Below are positions 24,126 to 39,100 of a DNA stretch of 64,000 nt, in pieces. The notes under the pieces were generated by a model. That model was not told the origin of the DNA, did no database searches, and worked only from the letters and a program-made list of their open reading frames with translations. Made by a program: the position numbers and the translations under genes. Origin of the DNA: Mytilus californianus (taxonomy: Eukaryota); assembly GCF_021869535.1 (NCBI RefSeq), contig NW_026262690.1, positions 36,642,001-36,706,000 on the forward strand, written 5' to 3'. Numbering within the stretch: the first letter of the stretch is position 1; the number at the start of each line of letters is the position of its first letter.

Positions 24126-26207
24126 TTAGCTCACCTTTCCAAAGGAAATGTGAGCTTTTGCCATCACTTGGCGTCCGTCGTCGTCCGTCGTCGTCGTCCG
24201 TCCGGTGTAAACTATTTAAAACATCTTCTCCTCTGAAACTACTGAACCAATTCTAACTAAACATAAGATGAATGATCCTTAGGGTATTTAGAATAAAGTT
24301 TGTGCTTTATTTTCTGTTTCGTCAAAAAACTTGGCCGCCATGGTTAAAAATAGAATATAGGGGTAAAATGCAGTTTTTGGCTTATATCTCAAAAATTAAA
24401 GCATTTAGAGCAAATCTGATGGGTTGAAAATGTTCATTAGGTCAAGTTCTATCAGCCCTGAAATTTTCAGATGAATCTAACAACCCATTTTTGGGTTATA
24501 GCCACTAAATTGATAATTTTAAGGAAATTTTGCAGTTTTTTGTTATTATCTTGGATATTATTATAGATAAAGATAAACTGTAAACAGCAAAAATGTTCAG
24601 CAAAGTAAGTTCTACAAATAAGTTTTTATATGACCAAAATTGTCAATTGACCCCTTAAGGAGTTATTGCCCTTTTAAGACAATTTTACACAATTTGTTTA
24701 TCATGTTTTCTAACTTTAAATAATCTTCTCCTCTGAAACTACTGAACCAAATTAAACCAAACTTAAGCTAAATGATGCTTACGTTATCTAGAATAAAGTT
24801 TGTGTTTATTTTCTGTTTCCTCAGAAAACATAGCTGCCATGGCTAAAAATAGAACATAGGGTGAAATGCAGTTTTTGACATATCTCAAAAACTAAAGCAT
24901 TTAGAGCAAATCAATCAAGAAGTTAAAGTATTCATTGGGTCAAGGTCTACCTGCACTGAAATTATCAGCCAAATCGGGTATCTGATTTTTAGATTATTGC
25001 CCCTGAATTGATGATTTTAAGGAAATTTTGCAGTTTTCGGTTATTATCTAGAATATTATTATGGATAAAGATAAACTGTAAACAGCAAAAATGTTCAGCA
25101 AAGTAAGATCTACAAATAGGTTTTATATGACCAAAATTGTCAATTGATCCCTTAAGGAGTTATTGCCCTTTAAAGACAATGTTTCACAATTTGTTCATGC
25201 AGTTCCTGAGGTAGAAAAGCCTTAGTATTTCAAAAATTCAAAGTTCAAAAGAGTGCTGGTCGAATGTTTGTGTACAACATGTAGCGTGCTTTGTCCAGCA
25301 TCATAGGACATTTCAAAACATTTCTAAATTGCAGAATATACACCTTGGACGTATCAATATAAAGTTATGGGAATATAAGACAACTGTAACATCTGAGCGC
25401 TTCTAGGACAAATGAACCCTGTTAAGAAAGAAAAAGTTTGCCCTGCTTGCAACACTAAATATCCCTCAACAAAAGACAAGAAAACCTCCATCTCTCGTGA
25501 TTTTCCTGCCCTACAGTCTGGTCTGTATAAATTGATTTGATATCTGAACTATGGTTAGCATTGATATCACACTGCTTATGGTAAAACGCTTGTTCTGTAA
25601 ATTTGTCTTTGTAATAAATGAATATATTTTGATTCCCCGTAAAGGTTTAGAGGGGTGGTAAAGCAAGTTACCCATTACCTGAATCTATTTTTAGCTCACC
25701 TTTCCAAAGGAAATGTGAGCTTTTGCCATCACTTGGCGCCCGTCGTCGTCCGTCGTCGTCGTCGTCGTCGTCGTCCGTCCGATGTAAACTATTTCAAACA
25801 TTTTCTCCTCTGAAACTACTAAACAATTGATCCTTTAAGGAGTTATTGCCCTTTAAAGACAATGTTTCACAATTTGTTCATGCAGTTTGCTTTCTTTAAA
25901 AAATCTTCTCCTTTGAAACTGCTGAATCAATTTAAGCCAAACTTGGGCTGAATGAGTTTCAGAGTATCTAGTATAAATTTTGTATTTTATTTCCTTGTAC
26001 GTCAAGAAACATAGCCACTATGGCTAAAATGGAACATAGGGGTAAAATGCATTTTTTGCTTTTGAAGAAAATATGACAGATACAAAGAACATTTAAATGA
26101 AATTTTTAAGTCATTAATATATATTGAAAAGCAAAAATAATCATTGATGAAAGATTTAAGCAAAAAATTACAGGTGAGCGATTCAGGCTCTTAAGAGCCT
26201 CTTGTTT
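24126..26207 (+). mobile_element. Helentron-associated non-autonomous element (HINE; DINE-1/pearl-like)
   Basis: 5' hairpin AGCTCACCTTTCC-AAA-GGAAATGTGAGCT, (CGT/CGTC)n microsatellite, ~500-bp internal repeats starting tcttctcctctgaaactactgaacca, 3' subTIR CAGGTGAGCG plus palindrome AGGCTCTTAAGAGCCT and a TT end. Confidence 0.8.
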
Positions 26208-27269
26208 AGAGTCCGTAATACTATGTCTTGCTTGAATGTAGATTTTTAATTACAATATATGCAAGCATATGAAAAAATATAGATTGATTTACACTTTGTC
26301 ACAAAAACTATGGGAATTCCATGAACTTCAAAAAGAGTTGAGTTCGGATGCGTCAAAAGCATACGCGTCTTTTGCTATGCCTGTATCACACGCCATGCAA
26401 ATCACAATCAGTCAAAATGTCACAAACAGGAATAGGACACAAATGGTACATTTAGTTTAGATATCTAAATATCTTAAACTGCGAAAAGATGTTGCTAGTG
26501 AGTTGAGACACGGTAAAGCTTAAAGGCAACGCAATTTGTGATGGTGACTTAAAATTTACTTTGTTTAAATATAAGGAGATGTGGTATGAATGCCAATGAG
26601 ACAACTATCCACCAAAGTTCAAATGAAGTGGATGCAAGCAATTATAAGCAACCGTACGGCCTTCAATAATGAGAAATTACCGATACCGTATAGTCGGCTA
26701 TAAAAGGCCCCGGCATGAAGAAATTAAACAATTCAATTGAGAAAACTAACGGCCTAATTTATAACAAAACAATTCACGAAAACAAATATGATTTGTCCAT
26801 TTCAGTCGCCGGTTCTTCCTCATACCTCTGTTCATATAATCGAATTCGTATTTACACGAGCAAAAAACATAGGTGCCACATGTCACAGTGGAGCAGAATC
26901 TGCTAACCGTTCCGTGACACATGAGAAAACCCCCATGTTTTTTTAGTTAGGCTCGTGTCGATCAGTCTTTATATTTCTATTTAGGGTTTTGTAGAATTTT
27001 ATTTTTCTTTACGTCGTTCTTCGGCTTTTGCCATGGCGTTGTAAGATTGTCTTCGACTATTAAGTTTGAATATCCCTTTGGTATCTGCCGCCTCTTTTTT
27101 AAGCAGTTCTTTGTCAGAAGAACACCCCCTGTTCATGAAGTCGGTACTTTGTCAACATGCACGAGATTAAGGTATCAATTAAGATACGTAAACGCCATAC
27201 GATGGTGCAGGGGGTATGCTACTATAATTGAGAACTGGGACATTGACATTGGAAATTTAAAATAATCAT

Positions 27270-27480
27270 GTGAGGTTTGTCATAGATTTTTGTTTGAAGT
27301 CCCCAATCCCCAATCTGTGTCAATATCAAAGAAAAGGTCAAGATAAAAAGCAGCCATTCTAGATTCGGTAGTATCCTTGATCACAAGCTCTCTTGGACAT
27401 ATGAAATGTAAGCACTGCCGGACTGATATGTGGGTTGTAGAGTGACAGGACATCTTAATACATCTAAACTTCAAATTAGA
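27270..27480 (-). mobile_element. Penelope-like RT thumb remnant
   Basis: ELVIKDTTESRMAAFYLDLFFDID parallels ELEIKEPTDTTSSASFLDLYLEFE of the 17.1-18.6 kb element. Confidence 0.6.
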
Positions 27481-30400
27481 GAACTAGGCAAAATGTTTTT
27501 CTTTAAGTCTTTGAGAAGGTTCTGTATTACCAATTGCAATTAGGACTGTAAACACCGTTATGTTATGTTGACTTATGCATCATTCGTATCAACTTTTATG
27601 ATAAACAATTTCCAAACTTTCCTTCGGTATATCATCATTAAATGAACCAAAGTCACAACCATCAATTTCGAGTTAACCTATCAACTGTGTCAAAATACCG
27701 CGATTAACCGTTAGGGGTATATAAAACAACTGACTCACTTCTGCATTTGAGAAAAAATAACACTATATTCAAAGGATTAAACTTAATGTATGCTTCTTTG
27801 AAATGTTAAAGCCAAGTTTTAACGGACTTCCCAGTTTTGTCATCTTTTGGGATTTTGTCGGATCCCATTTTACTAACTATACAACTCAAAAACTTATTTT
27901 GCCTCTTATAAAAATAAAACTACATCAACACAACCTCAGAAAGAATTACAAACACTAAAAAAAATCAAAAAAACAATAAAACTTCGACAAATATAATAAA
28001 TATCAAAGCCTAACTCCAGCACTCTGTCCAATCAGGGGCCGTACACAACTTTCCGGAAATTATTTAAGTTAATGATTTGATAGTAGATATTTTGAAAGTT
28101 TTTAAAAAAATCGTTGAAAAGAATCTTATTCCCTAAAAGCTTGTGTATATGAATAGATAATTTGCAGTTTTATTAGTTTATAGTAGTTACGATACAATTT
28201 GTACATTAGAGCTTTATTGTATGATGTTGGAAATCCAGTGAAATACAAAAGTACTTTGTACCTTCATAATTTGTCATCAAAAGGTTTTTATGATTAGCTT
28301 TTTCGATTAATGAATAAAGCATTGTGTTTGATATTTGAATAAAACAAAAAAAGAATTATGATTGATTGCTGCCTTTGAAAAAAAGTCAAACTGCATGCCA
28401 CTCATGATCTGCATTTTTAGTCAAATATGCTAGCTAAACGATTAAATAAAAAAAATGGCACCGTACGACTTTTTGACGACCAATCTTAAATTCAATTAAA
28501 ATATTTTTCTAGGACTGTGCAAATTTTTAGCCGTGTAATATGAAGTGAAGTTAAAATCTTTTAATAATCGACTTTTTCCTATATCACCGCACTAATACAA
28601 AGGAAACAGTGTACACCTTCTGTTTGAAGTAGTAGTATTATCATAATGGATATGTACAAGTGATTCTCTTTATTTTGTTTATGTATAGAAATGTTTGAAA
28701 TGCATATATTGCAATCAACATGTATTTCAATGGACCGCTCATTTTATGTGGTGACCTAGTAAATACAGTAGAGTAGCATTTAAGGAGGAGTTATGATAAG
28801 AGCCGTTTTTTTATCCCTGAAATTGCAAAAATAGTAAAGTTATCTAATCCTTTCAAAATTATATTAATTTTATTGATAAATGAACAGCAGTAAAAGCTGT
28901 TCCTTTGATTTTTATGAGTTTTTTACTGTGCATGTACTGATTTTGTGTCATGGATGGATACCCATATTCTTTGTTTTTTATTAGGTTAATATAATCTGGA
29001 CACTTTATAATTCATAAAATTCACTTGCAATATTTTAATATTTTACACACAAAATCATCTTTGTAAAATACATTTTATAGCAGAATATCTTTTGGGGCAA
29101 AGCTGTTGCTTGAAATATCATATAATATCCAACTATCCTTTAGAATGTAAGTTGAAATCTATATGTCTTTATTATTTTTGGCGTCCTCCCATTAGTGTCT
29201 CATTTACACTGATTGCGCATCTCTTATTACAATTTGGAGGAGGGTCTTTGAAGTAACCAGTTTGCGATTATGTTTGTGCATGTATCAAATAAAATTCTAA
29301 AACTTATGAATCAAACACAATCCAAGAGAAAGTACATCGTTCGTTTTTATGATTGGGGTATACTATTGGTACTCCTACTTCTTTTATTTTATACTTTAAA
29401 CAAATCATTTACTGGATTTGAATAAAAGATATTACATAATTACACGAAGCAATAAATGTAAAATAAGTCAAGAAGTTAGGGTTTACGGAAATTTCCTACA
29501 TGAAATCTTGCCGGTGTAGTGTGTCTCTACGATTAGAATCTATCAATCTAAACATTATTTATATGGTCCAAGAAAATTGAATATAATATTAACCCAATTT
29601 AGATGTTTGGCATCCTTCTTGAATTATGACTAGTTTAGAGCTAACATTATATCTGATCCAACATGTAATGTGGTTTGGATATTGAGGACATGCACCATTT
29701 TTTCTTTGATTGTCCCTTCTATCTAAATGAAAGGGTTATTCTTTTTAATGGTCTCAGCTGGCTTCCCGAAGGCTGTGAGTTGGACTTAAAACTATTGGTT
29801 TTTGGAAAAGAAACTCTTTCCTATGATCAAAATGTGTAAATTGTTAAACCAGGATCCAATTTTATAAAGAGATCAAAACGATTCCTCGTAGTATAGTATC
29901 AATATAGGTAAAACGCAAATCATCATCATTATCATCATCATCCTAATCTCTGTCGTTCTTCCCTCTCCTTTTTTCAGTATAGTTTAGTAATATTTATGTT
30001 GTTTATATTATATGATGCATGCTCACGTTTAACTTGTATTGTTATATATATTGTATTGTGGAGAAGACTTTATAAGTATGTTTTACTTGTGTCTGATCCT
30101 TTTTTGCTTTGAGCAAATAAAATATGTTTAAACTAAACTCGGTCTTAACAGAGGTTATTTTGCAATGTGAAAACACACATGAATTAGATAAAGTATATAT
30201 TCAAGGCATTTTGTCTACACATTTCTAATGGACTCTTACTGATTCGCTTTACTATAATCTTTAAAAAGTAGTGACGGACTCAAATTTCTAGTATCTGTTG
30301 TATCCTTTTGTTTCCGAAGATTGAATTTTGTAAAGCCTTTGACTTTGACCTTGATAAGAAAGGTTAAATATATATAATACGAAACATTTATAGTAGCAAG

Positions 30401-31893
30401 TTAATGAGTTGCATTGTTTCAATGTATTAATAAATAAACATTTAAACAATTTATTCAAAGGACACCCAATCTTGAATTGCCATGTCTTATTTTTTAACAA
30501 TTCTCTATTCCCTTCTTTAAGTTATATAAAACGAGTTTCTTGTTTTATAAGGTTGAGGAAATTATTGAACCAAATCATACATATACATACTGAGACTACT
30601 ATCACATGTGTTATAGTAGTCTCAGATACATATTAAGGTTACACGATACCGAATGACGTTTCGCCACGAGTTATCGTTCCTGCTGTTGTCGACATCCATG
30701 AAATTGACGACAAACGTAAAACCTGATGTTTTATAATAACTTAGAACGAATTAAACAAACAATTTGCCTCAGTCTGGTATAAAATAGTTGAAAGATAAAT
30801 GTTTTTTTATTTCAAATTTGCAAATATATAAGATTATATATTGAGAATTCCTTCATTTTAGCGTCGTTCATTGATACCAGTCAATGCAGCAGGTTCCGTC
30901 GTGTCTCGGGCGGTTGATAACACAATACATGTAGGCCCTATGCTGTTCTTTTATCGCGAAAATAAAATAATAAAAGAACCTTTTATTTTTGGTAAACATT
31001 TTTCATTGAAACTTTGCATAGATGCAGAGTGCCGAGAGATTTGATTCAATACGTTATTTGACATTGATTGCTTCGATCGGCTTTACATTTAATCATATAC
31101 TTTTTTTTAAATGTTCTGTACCTATTAATAAGTAAGCATGTGTACGATTTATCTATATATGTTCTTATGCATAATAGACTGAGTTTTTTTTATTCTTGGT
31201 TGTTTTTTTTGGCAATAAATTCTTATTTATGATGCACGCCGTTTCCCGATGAATTTTGGTTTTTTTTAAAGTAGAAATCCAAATTATAGAAACGCAGGAT
31301 AATGTGTGAAAATACGGGGAATTGTGCCACTATTAGTGCAATTTCGTTAAGAAACTCATTCGTTTTAAAATGGTTGCCGAAAAACGCTGCTAGCAAAATA
31401 GAAAAATGAAATTTATTTGGAAAAGAATACGGATATAATTTTGCGAAAAATTCACCGTACAAGCAGACGTGGAAACTCAGACAGAAAATGGTTTGTTTGA
31501 ATGGAATAAACAAAGAAGAATAATTGAGCTTGGTTATTTGACTGCACAACTTTCCCTATGTTCCAAGAGTAACCAGTTTCTGAAAATTATTGGACTGTAC
31601 AGAAGAAATCCGATATGGTTTCGGAAGCTTGTAAAAAATAAATTGCCAGCACTGTAATCGTTTAAGCGCAATTTACACAGGACAGCAACATCGGAAAGCG
31701 GAAAAAGTTAACAAAGGCTTGAAAATATGGGATGTCAACACTTAATGTGCACCCGGAGGAACGAAATAGATTTAAATCATTCAGATCCCGTTACATATTT
31801 TTTTTCAATTTCATTTCGAAACAAATTATTTCTCGAAATTTACAATCACACGATTCATTAAAAAACAGGGGCCCCACAATAAATGAATAATCG

Positions 31894-31934
31894 GTGCTTT
31901 GATGAAGGTAAACCCAGAAAAGCGCTTCAAACGC
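31894..31934 (+). ncRNA. degenerate hammerhead motif (family B)
   Basis: gtgctt-TGATGA-AGGTAAACCCA-GAAA-AGCGCT-TC-aaacgc. Same family as 16692-16732 with a weakened stem I. Confidence 0.5.
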
Positions 31935-33189
31935 AAACAAAATAAAAAGAGATATTTTCGTTAACATATATTATTCAAACGACAGAAACAAACTGAGAAA
32001 AACAACGAGATTTTAAAATCATTTTGATTTTAGATTCATGTTAATTTACGCTTGGGTGTACAGGAATGGGTGTGTTTTGTTGTTTAAGTTGGACATGATG
32101 TACAATAGATATAGGAAGATGTGGTATGAGTGTCAATGAGAAAACTCTCCATCCAAGTAACAATTTATAAAAGTAAACCAAGTTCAGATGATGAAAAATG
32201 CATCATTTCATTAAGTGGTTAGACAAAACGACTCACAAACGATTAACAAAGGTGTTTTTTGGGGAGGGGCACATTGCTGACATGAGCGTCGGAAAAAGTC
32301 CGATGGTATTCGCAATCTTTTAAGGAGATTTTATAACAAGTACATATACAAGTATGTATATTAAATAAAGTGTTGAAAAGGGAGATGTTGGAGATTCAAT
32401 AAGACAGTAACTGGCCAATTAACGACACACAAAACCAAAGACATCTAGATAACACGTGACAAATGCAGGATGGACGAGTATTTTTTTACTGCTAATTTGT
32501 AGATTTAGTAAAGATTCTTTGGTCCCTTGAATTTGAAAGCTAATAAGTATATTAACTATAGCAAGTATGAAATCTATCAAATTATAACATCACATGTTCA
32601 CAACATTAGTCATATATTAATTGTAATAGTAACATATGTCAGTCTCGTAGTACATAGTTGTTAAAGTCTTTTTTTTTTTTAACATTTATTACGTATCCAT
32701 GGAGTATAATCGACAAAAAATATTTCATTCTGTGATTGATGATCGTAAACTTTACCTGCTAATTTTATTACTTTCGGGTTTAGGTGCCGAAGTTTACCGA
32801 TCGTTATCTTTTGATAAACAATCAACACAGACACATCGAACACGTGAAAAATAGGTGAGATGGAAGAGCGATATTTTAATATACATATTTTTTTTATGTT
32901 TACATGTGTTCCCATTTGATAATTACACTTTGTCATAACAGTTAAGTTATTTAGCGTATTAAGGCTTTTATTTCGGAATCGGTTAATACTATCTTCTTTC
33001 CCACGTTTGCTTACATTTTCTATCAACAAGGGTTTTCCCTTGCACTCGAGCTGTGCAATTGTGGAATTTCTAAAGAAAAGTGTCAAGATTAAGGTTACTA
33101 CATAAAGAAAAGCTGTTGGAGAATTAGAGTACGGGAATACAATAATTAAATAGCAGTACATTTCTAAAAATTATGATAAAATAAAGGAC

Positions 33190-36100
33190 TTTCTTTTATA
33201 AGAAAATCTCTGCTTATACGTTTTTAATAGTAAAACTTAGCCATTAAGTACATAAAACATATTCAACTTTTTTGTTATATTTGAAGTATCATATGACTTT
33301 TAAGAGTACTAAATTGGCGGATTTTTATGTTTCAATTTATAAAAAATAAGTAAAATAACAAAAAAACCGAACTCCAAGGAAAATTCAAATTGGAAAGTGT
33401 TTATCAAATGGCAAAATCAAAAGCTCAAACACATCAAACCAATGGAAAACAACTGTTATATTCCTGACTTGGTACAGACATTTCCTTATGTAGAAAATGG
33501 TAGATTAAACCTGGTTTGATAGCTAGCTAAACCTCTCACTTGTATGACAGTCGCATAGAATTCCATGTTTTAATTTATTTTACTATTTATATATCATTTA
33601 TTTATTTATTGAAATTATAAAATCTTGTTATAAAGTACTTTCAACTATACGGAACATTCTTTACGTGTGAAAAGATTTGAATTATATCAGTAAACCTACC
33701 TTATAATGATCATATATCTGTGTTTCACGGCATTGGCTTGCAAGTGTTGAATACGATTTTATACGAAAAATATTAAATGCAGTTTTACCACCAATAAAAA
33801 TTGGTGGATACAACACATCCGTCCCACTTCTCTTAGAACAAACGCACATTAGGTATTCTAATGGATACCGATAGTTTTCCTTTTGAATAAAAGATTCACA
33901 CTGTGGTGTAAATATTCTAAAATACATGTCGTGCACCTCTGAGCAATCCGTACAACGTATTTGTGTATCGTTGTAAATTGAATAAATAATGTAATTTGTT
34001 GAAAAAACAAATGCCCAGTACATTTTGAATAGTATTGCCAAAGAATGGTACTTCTTATCTATAACGAATATGTCGATGTATTGCTTAGTTATATTGCAAT
34101 ATTTTGCCATGCCTAGTTTTTCAAAAGTTGAGTGATTATTCTCCAGAACACCAACAGGAAGAGATATTGGACAGGATAACATGATATGCCACCGGTAAAA
34201 TTCTTTGTGGCCGTTTGCAATACTCTCTGAGTCAAATGTTTCGTTCTCCTTTTTATAATGATCTTTATTATGGAAATTATCAAATAAATAATACTTGAAA
34301 GAATCTAAGGATGACTCCAAGTGAAACACATTTTTCTCCGGTATGTTGTGATTACAAATATAACAAAATATATTCTTATAAGGATATGTGGCTTTACTTT
34401 GTTCGGCTATTCTGCATGAATTTTCCATATCTCTGCTATATTCCGTCCATAATCCTGTTAAATTGCACTTTGATATGATCAATCTTTCTTGAAATGTTAC
34501 AGGAGGATTGCAAATATAGCAAAATATATTTTTATAATATCTAAATTTATTTTCAAATTTGTTACACGCAAATTCGATGTCTTTGTCAAATTTCAACCAC
34601 GTTCCAGTGACGTTACATGTATGTATTAAGGAAAAATCAGGTTTATTGCATTGTATCACACCTATTATGCCCGGACGATACTTAATTGTTCCACACTTTT
34701 GACTAGCAATAGTTTCCACAACATATTTAGCGGTTAAATATTCAGAAACACCATTACATGTATAAATGATATCAACATCCCATGGTACATAATTAGTTTC
34801 ATTGTTGCAAAGAGCACAAAACTTGTTTCGAAATGATATTCTTGTTAATCTAGACGTGACAGGTGCATCCTGAATTCTTTGTTGAATGCTTCGTCTCTTC
34901 ACACATAGTTCATTAAGTGTTGATCTTGTATTGTGGGGACACGTAGATAACATTCTGTATTCGTTATAAATTTCATTCGGTTCTGATGAATATATTATAT
35001 TGCTTTCACATTGCCCTATTTGACGCGATAATTCTATATCTGGGCAACAGTTAGAAGCACTGCAGTCTATACTACGATTACATTCCTCGCAAATATTTAA
35101 TTGCTTTGGCACTGACGGAAAAGACCAGATGTTTAAAGAACTATTATGAAAGTTCGGTCCACAGATAAGTGCATACTGGTAAAATAAATTCGTTGCGTTG
35201 ACATTGAATGCATGCAATGAAACGATTGCTATATTTAGAATAAAGGTTACCATGATTAACACATTCATATCTCCAATAGTATATCTGTCTTTGTCCTACA
35301 AAATTATAAATAAACATCGTGTTAAAATAAGTTAATGTAATTATTTTCAGTGTTGTCGCCTTTAATTGTACTTGTTGTGTCAGATTAACACAAACATCAA
35401 CAGCAATATAAAACTTGATACTGTTTATTAAGGAAGAAAATCATGTTTCAGGAGACTTTATCTTGAGATTTTTCAGTTCCACTTAGCAATTTTTTGCAAA
35501 CACAACCAAACTTTAATTGAAACCTTTTTAATTGAATTTAAACTAAATTAACTGGAAGCAGGAAACATCTGGATTAGATTTAGGTCATTTCTAGATGCAA
35601 TAGGGTCAGAGGCAGCATTACGTTATTTTAATTGAAATAAAAGCAAAAGTATTTAAATCGCTATTAAAGGCAACTGCATCTTTTCTGGTGCAGGTTAAGG
35701 GATTTCAGAATATAGTTTATTTTCATAGCACAGATTTAAAACGAAAAGTTGGTGAGATTTGATTAAGAATAAGAATTTTATTAGTCTAAAATCCAAACAA
35801 TAGGATTGTAACTAAATAAAAAACAAACAAACAAACATAAATAACAAAACGATAGACCGAAAACAATACAAACATGTAGCATTGAAAAAAAATAAAAATT
35901 ATTAATATTTATTACAATACTATTTTGACAACATGCCTCCTCTATAAAGTTATCATTTCAAATATCTTGATTATATATTACATTATAATATGAGTCATGA
36001 ATCATACACAGTTCATATATTGACATTATATTTACATTTCACTTATACTGTTAACAATGATAATTAATATATCACATTCTTCACCAGAAAATATAAAATC

Positions 36101-39100
36101 AAATTTGTTTTCATTACTCATTGAATTAAAACAGGGGACAATATTAGAAATTTCATTAAACATTTTGATCCTAGGTTTATTAAGTTCGGTACATGTTATG
36201 ATAAAATGCAATAATGGTTTTCCAAATAACAATATCCATAAAATTAAAATGGTGTACATGTACAGCTCTGCAAATACTGTTGAGACAATTATGATACATT
36301 GCTGCAACTTAAAAGCAATACAAAATGCAAATTAACAGTCTTACATTTAATTTTAGTAAAACGAGAGGGGGCGAGAGAGCAACGACCAAAGGAAACGGAA
36401 ACCCGTATCTAAGTCTTTTACGCACAATTATATACACAGCTTTAATATATATTCTTTATATCCGAAATTTAAACAAAGCGTTGAATCAAAAGGTGAATTT
36501 GTATGCATGATAAATAAATACATCCGATATAAAAACCATCAACTTACACAAACATACACTTGTGTGCGAAAAAGTTGATCCGTATGGCATAACAAAATTT
36601 AATAAATGAATGCATTGTATAGGTTATACATTATATTTATAAACACAATAGCGTGATGCCTGTAATAATTAGAAAAAAAATATCTGCTGATTTTTCCAGA
36701 CTATATGAAAGAATACATACACTGATACGTACCTTAAATGTCACATGTGGAAACAGTTCCTTCTACTGTAACATGCTGTCAGAAAGTGTGCTTTTCTGTT
36801 TCCCCCAAGTTTTATATTCCCATGGCAAACAAATACATTGTAATGACAAAATTAGATGATTTACGACAATTTCATATCGTCTAAATAAACATTATAACAA
36901 AATTAATACAATTTGCCTGTAAAATGCTTTTAGAAAATTAAATTAACATGTAACTAGCGGGAATACATCTGTTGTATGTTTACCGTTTGCAGTTCAGGTG
37001 TGTACACATGATTAATTTAGAACATTTTCTAGTATATTGTTCACTTAATTGGGAACAATATATTCATAGCACATATACCTCCTAATCCATACTAATTATC
37101 AAAATTGTTTAAGAAGAAAAAAATTTGGTGATTTTGAACACACATATATTCAACTATGCCGACTCTGCATGAAATTAAAAATGCCTAGAGGCTATAAACT
37201 TTTCTGGAAAAAGCACCACAATATCGTCCATCAGTTCGAAAGAGTGTCGTTAATAGATATAAGAAGATGTGGTATGAGTGCCACTGAGACAACTCTCCAT
37301 CCAAGTCACAATTTGTAAAAGTAAACCATTATAGGTCAAAGTACGGCCTTCAACAGGGTGCCTTGGCTCACACCGAACAACAAGCTATAAAGGGCCCCAT
37401 ATGTCATTTAAGATGCTCCTTCGTCTTTTTGTAAAAAAATGGTGTAAACGGAAGAAATCTGACAAAAAATCACTTGATTCCTATTTAAATAAATGTCTGA
37501 ATATTGTGGAAATTCGTGTACATGTACCATACTTCGATAATTAAAGGGTAAGTAATACACTCATTTCAAGTATTCGCAAAGCTTTTTGTATTTGTATAGT
37601 CAATTTCAAAAGCAGCCAACAATGTGTAGTGGTATCACGTTAATACTACATATAGATGTTCTATAGAATTGAATTATAAATGCTTCTGCATTTCAGGACA
37701 TACGCTCCACTAAGAGTAAAATAGTAAATAAACATGTCACTATCACATCTCACCTAAAGACTTATTCTGAAAATTGACTATCCCCCTTACCAGGGTTTAA
37801 GCTAGGATTTTAAGTGTTTTAGTTACTTTTGCGTGATAGGAAACCCGACCTTTCTTGGAAGGCAGGCTACTACTAGCAGCTTAATATGATATAGCTAAGG
37901 TACTTATTGCATAGGGTCAAATACATGGGAAAAAAACATGTGAACTTTCATTTTATTTTTCAGTATTTCATTAGTATACAAACAAAAATACAACAATAAA
38001 GATTTTAAAAAACAGCTGTTTTTCTTCAAAAGATACATATGTATGATTTTTGTTTTGATGGTTATGTCTCTAATGGGATTAATAGGACCCTATGTATTGG
38101 CTACTGAAACTACAAAATAAAGCCTTCACATATCGTTTCATCTTGGTTTCTAGTAAGTGACGTTTTAGATTTCAATGAACGTAATCTATGTATAACTGAT
38201 AAATAACTAAGGATTGTATTACCACAAATTACTTAAAACTTTTAATAAGTTGGGTTTTTTTTTCATAGATAGGAAGATTTGGTTTGGAAGTCAGACTGTA
38301 CATGGAGAATTATTATTAAAATCGGGATATCACCGTTGTTAGATTTTTTATCGGTACTTAAATTGATTTTGTGTTTGATAATTTAAAACATAACTTAATA
38401 TGATGTATTGCTATACAGTAATGAAAACGTATGGTCCTACATCTTGTCAATACTATTTACTTATAATTTGGTATTTTAAAAATTAATATACACATTTTGC
38501 TTTTTAAGTCAAATAAGGACGATTTCTACTACATCCATATTTTCTAGTATTTCATAAACGTCTTTACAATAAATACGTTGAATGTGTACTGATTGGTGAT
38601 TTAGTATGGGAGACAATGATTTATGCATTAGTTGTCATTGTCTTTGAACAAGATTTGAGTACTTGCGAGTAATCTTAGATCGGTATACTTTCTGTTTTTT
38701 GTTTTGTTTTTTATGTAGGTAAGATATTTGTGTTTGGTACCAATCTGTTGAGTTAAGCCATTTTTAACTGATATTTGCAGTTTGTTCTTATGATGTGCTG
38801 TAACACCACTGTCATGGGTAAGGGGAGGACTGAGCGCTCATTAACAGGTTTAATCCCGCCACATTCTTTTTGTTCCTATTCCAGGTTTGACGCCTGTAAT
38901 TCATTGGTTGTCGTTGGTTGCTGTGCTGTCTGTCATATTTGATTTTCGTTAATTCTTTTGTACATTAATCATGCCTTTGGTCTTCTCGTTTAAATTGTTT
39001 CCCATTTTGTCATGTCGAGACCTTTTATAGATTCCCATTTTGTAATGTCGAGGCCTTTTAGAGCTGACTACAGAGTATGGGTTTTGCTAATTGTTGAAGG

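Noticed and set aside
27715-27740. TATA-like tatataaaa next to AP-1-like tgactca
   Set aside because: Short motifs are expected by chance in AT-rich DNA and no associated gene was found.
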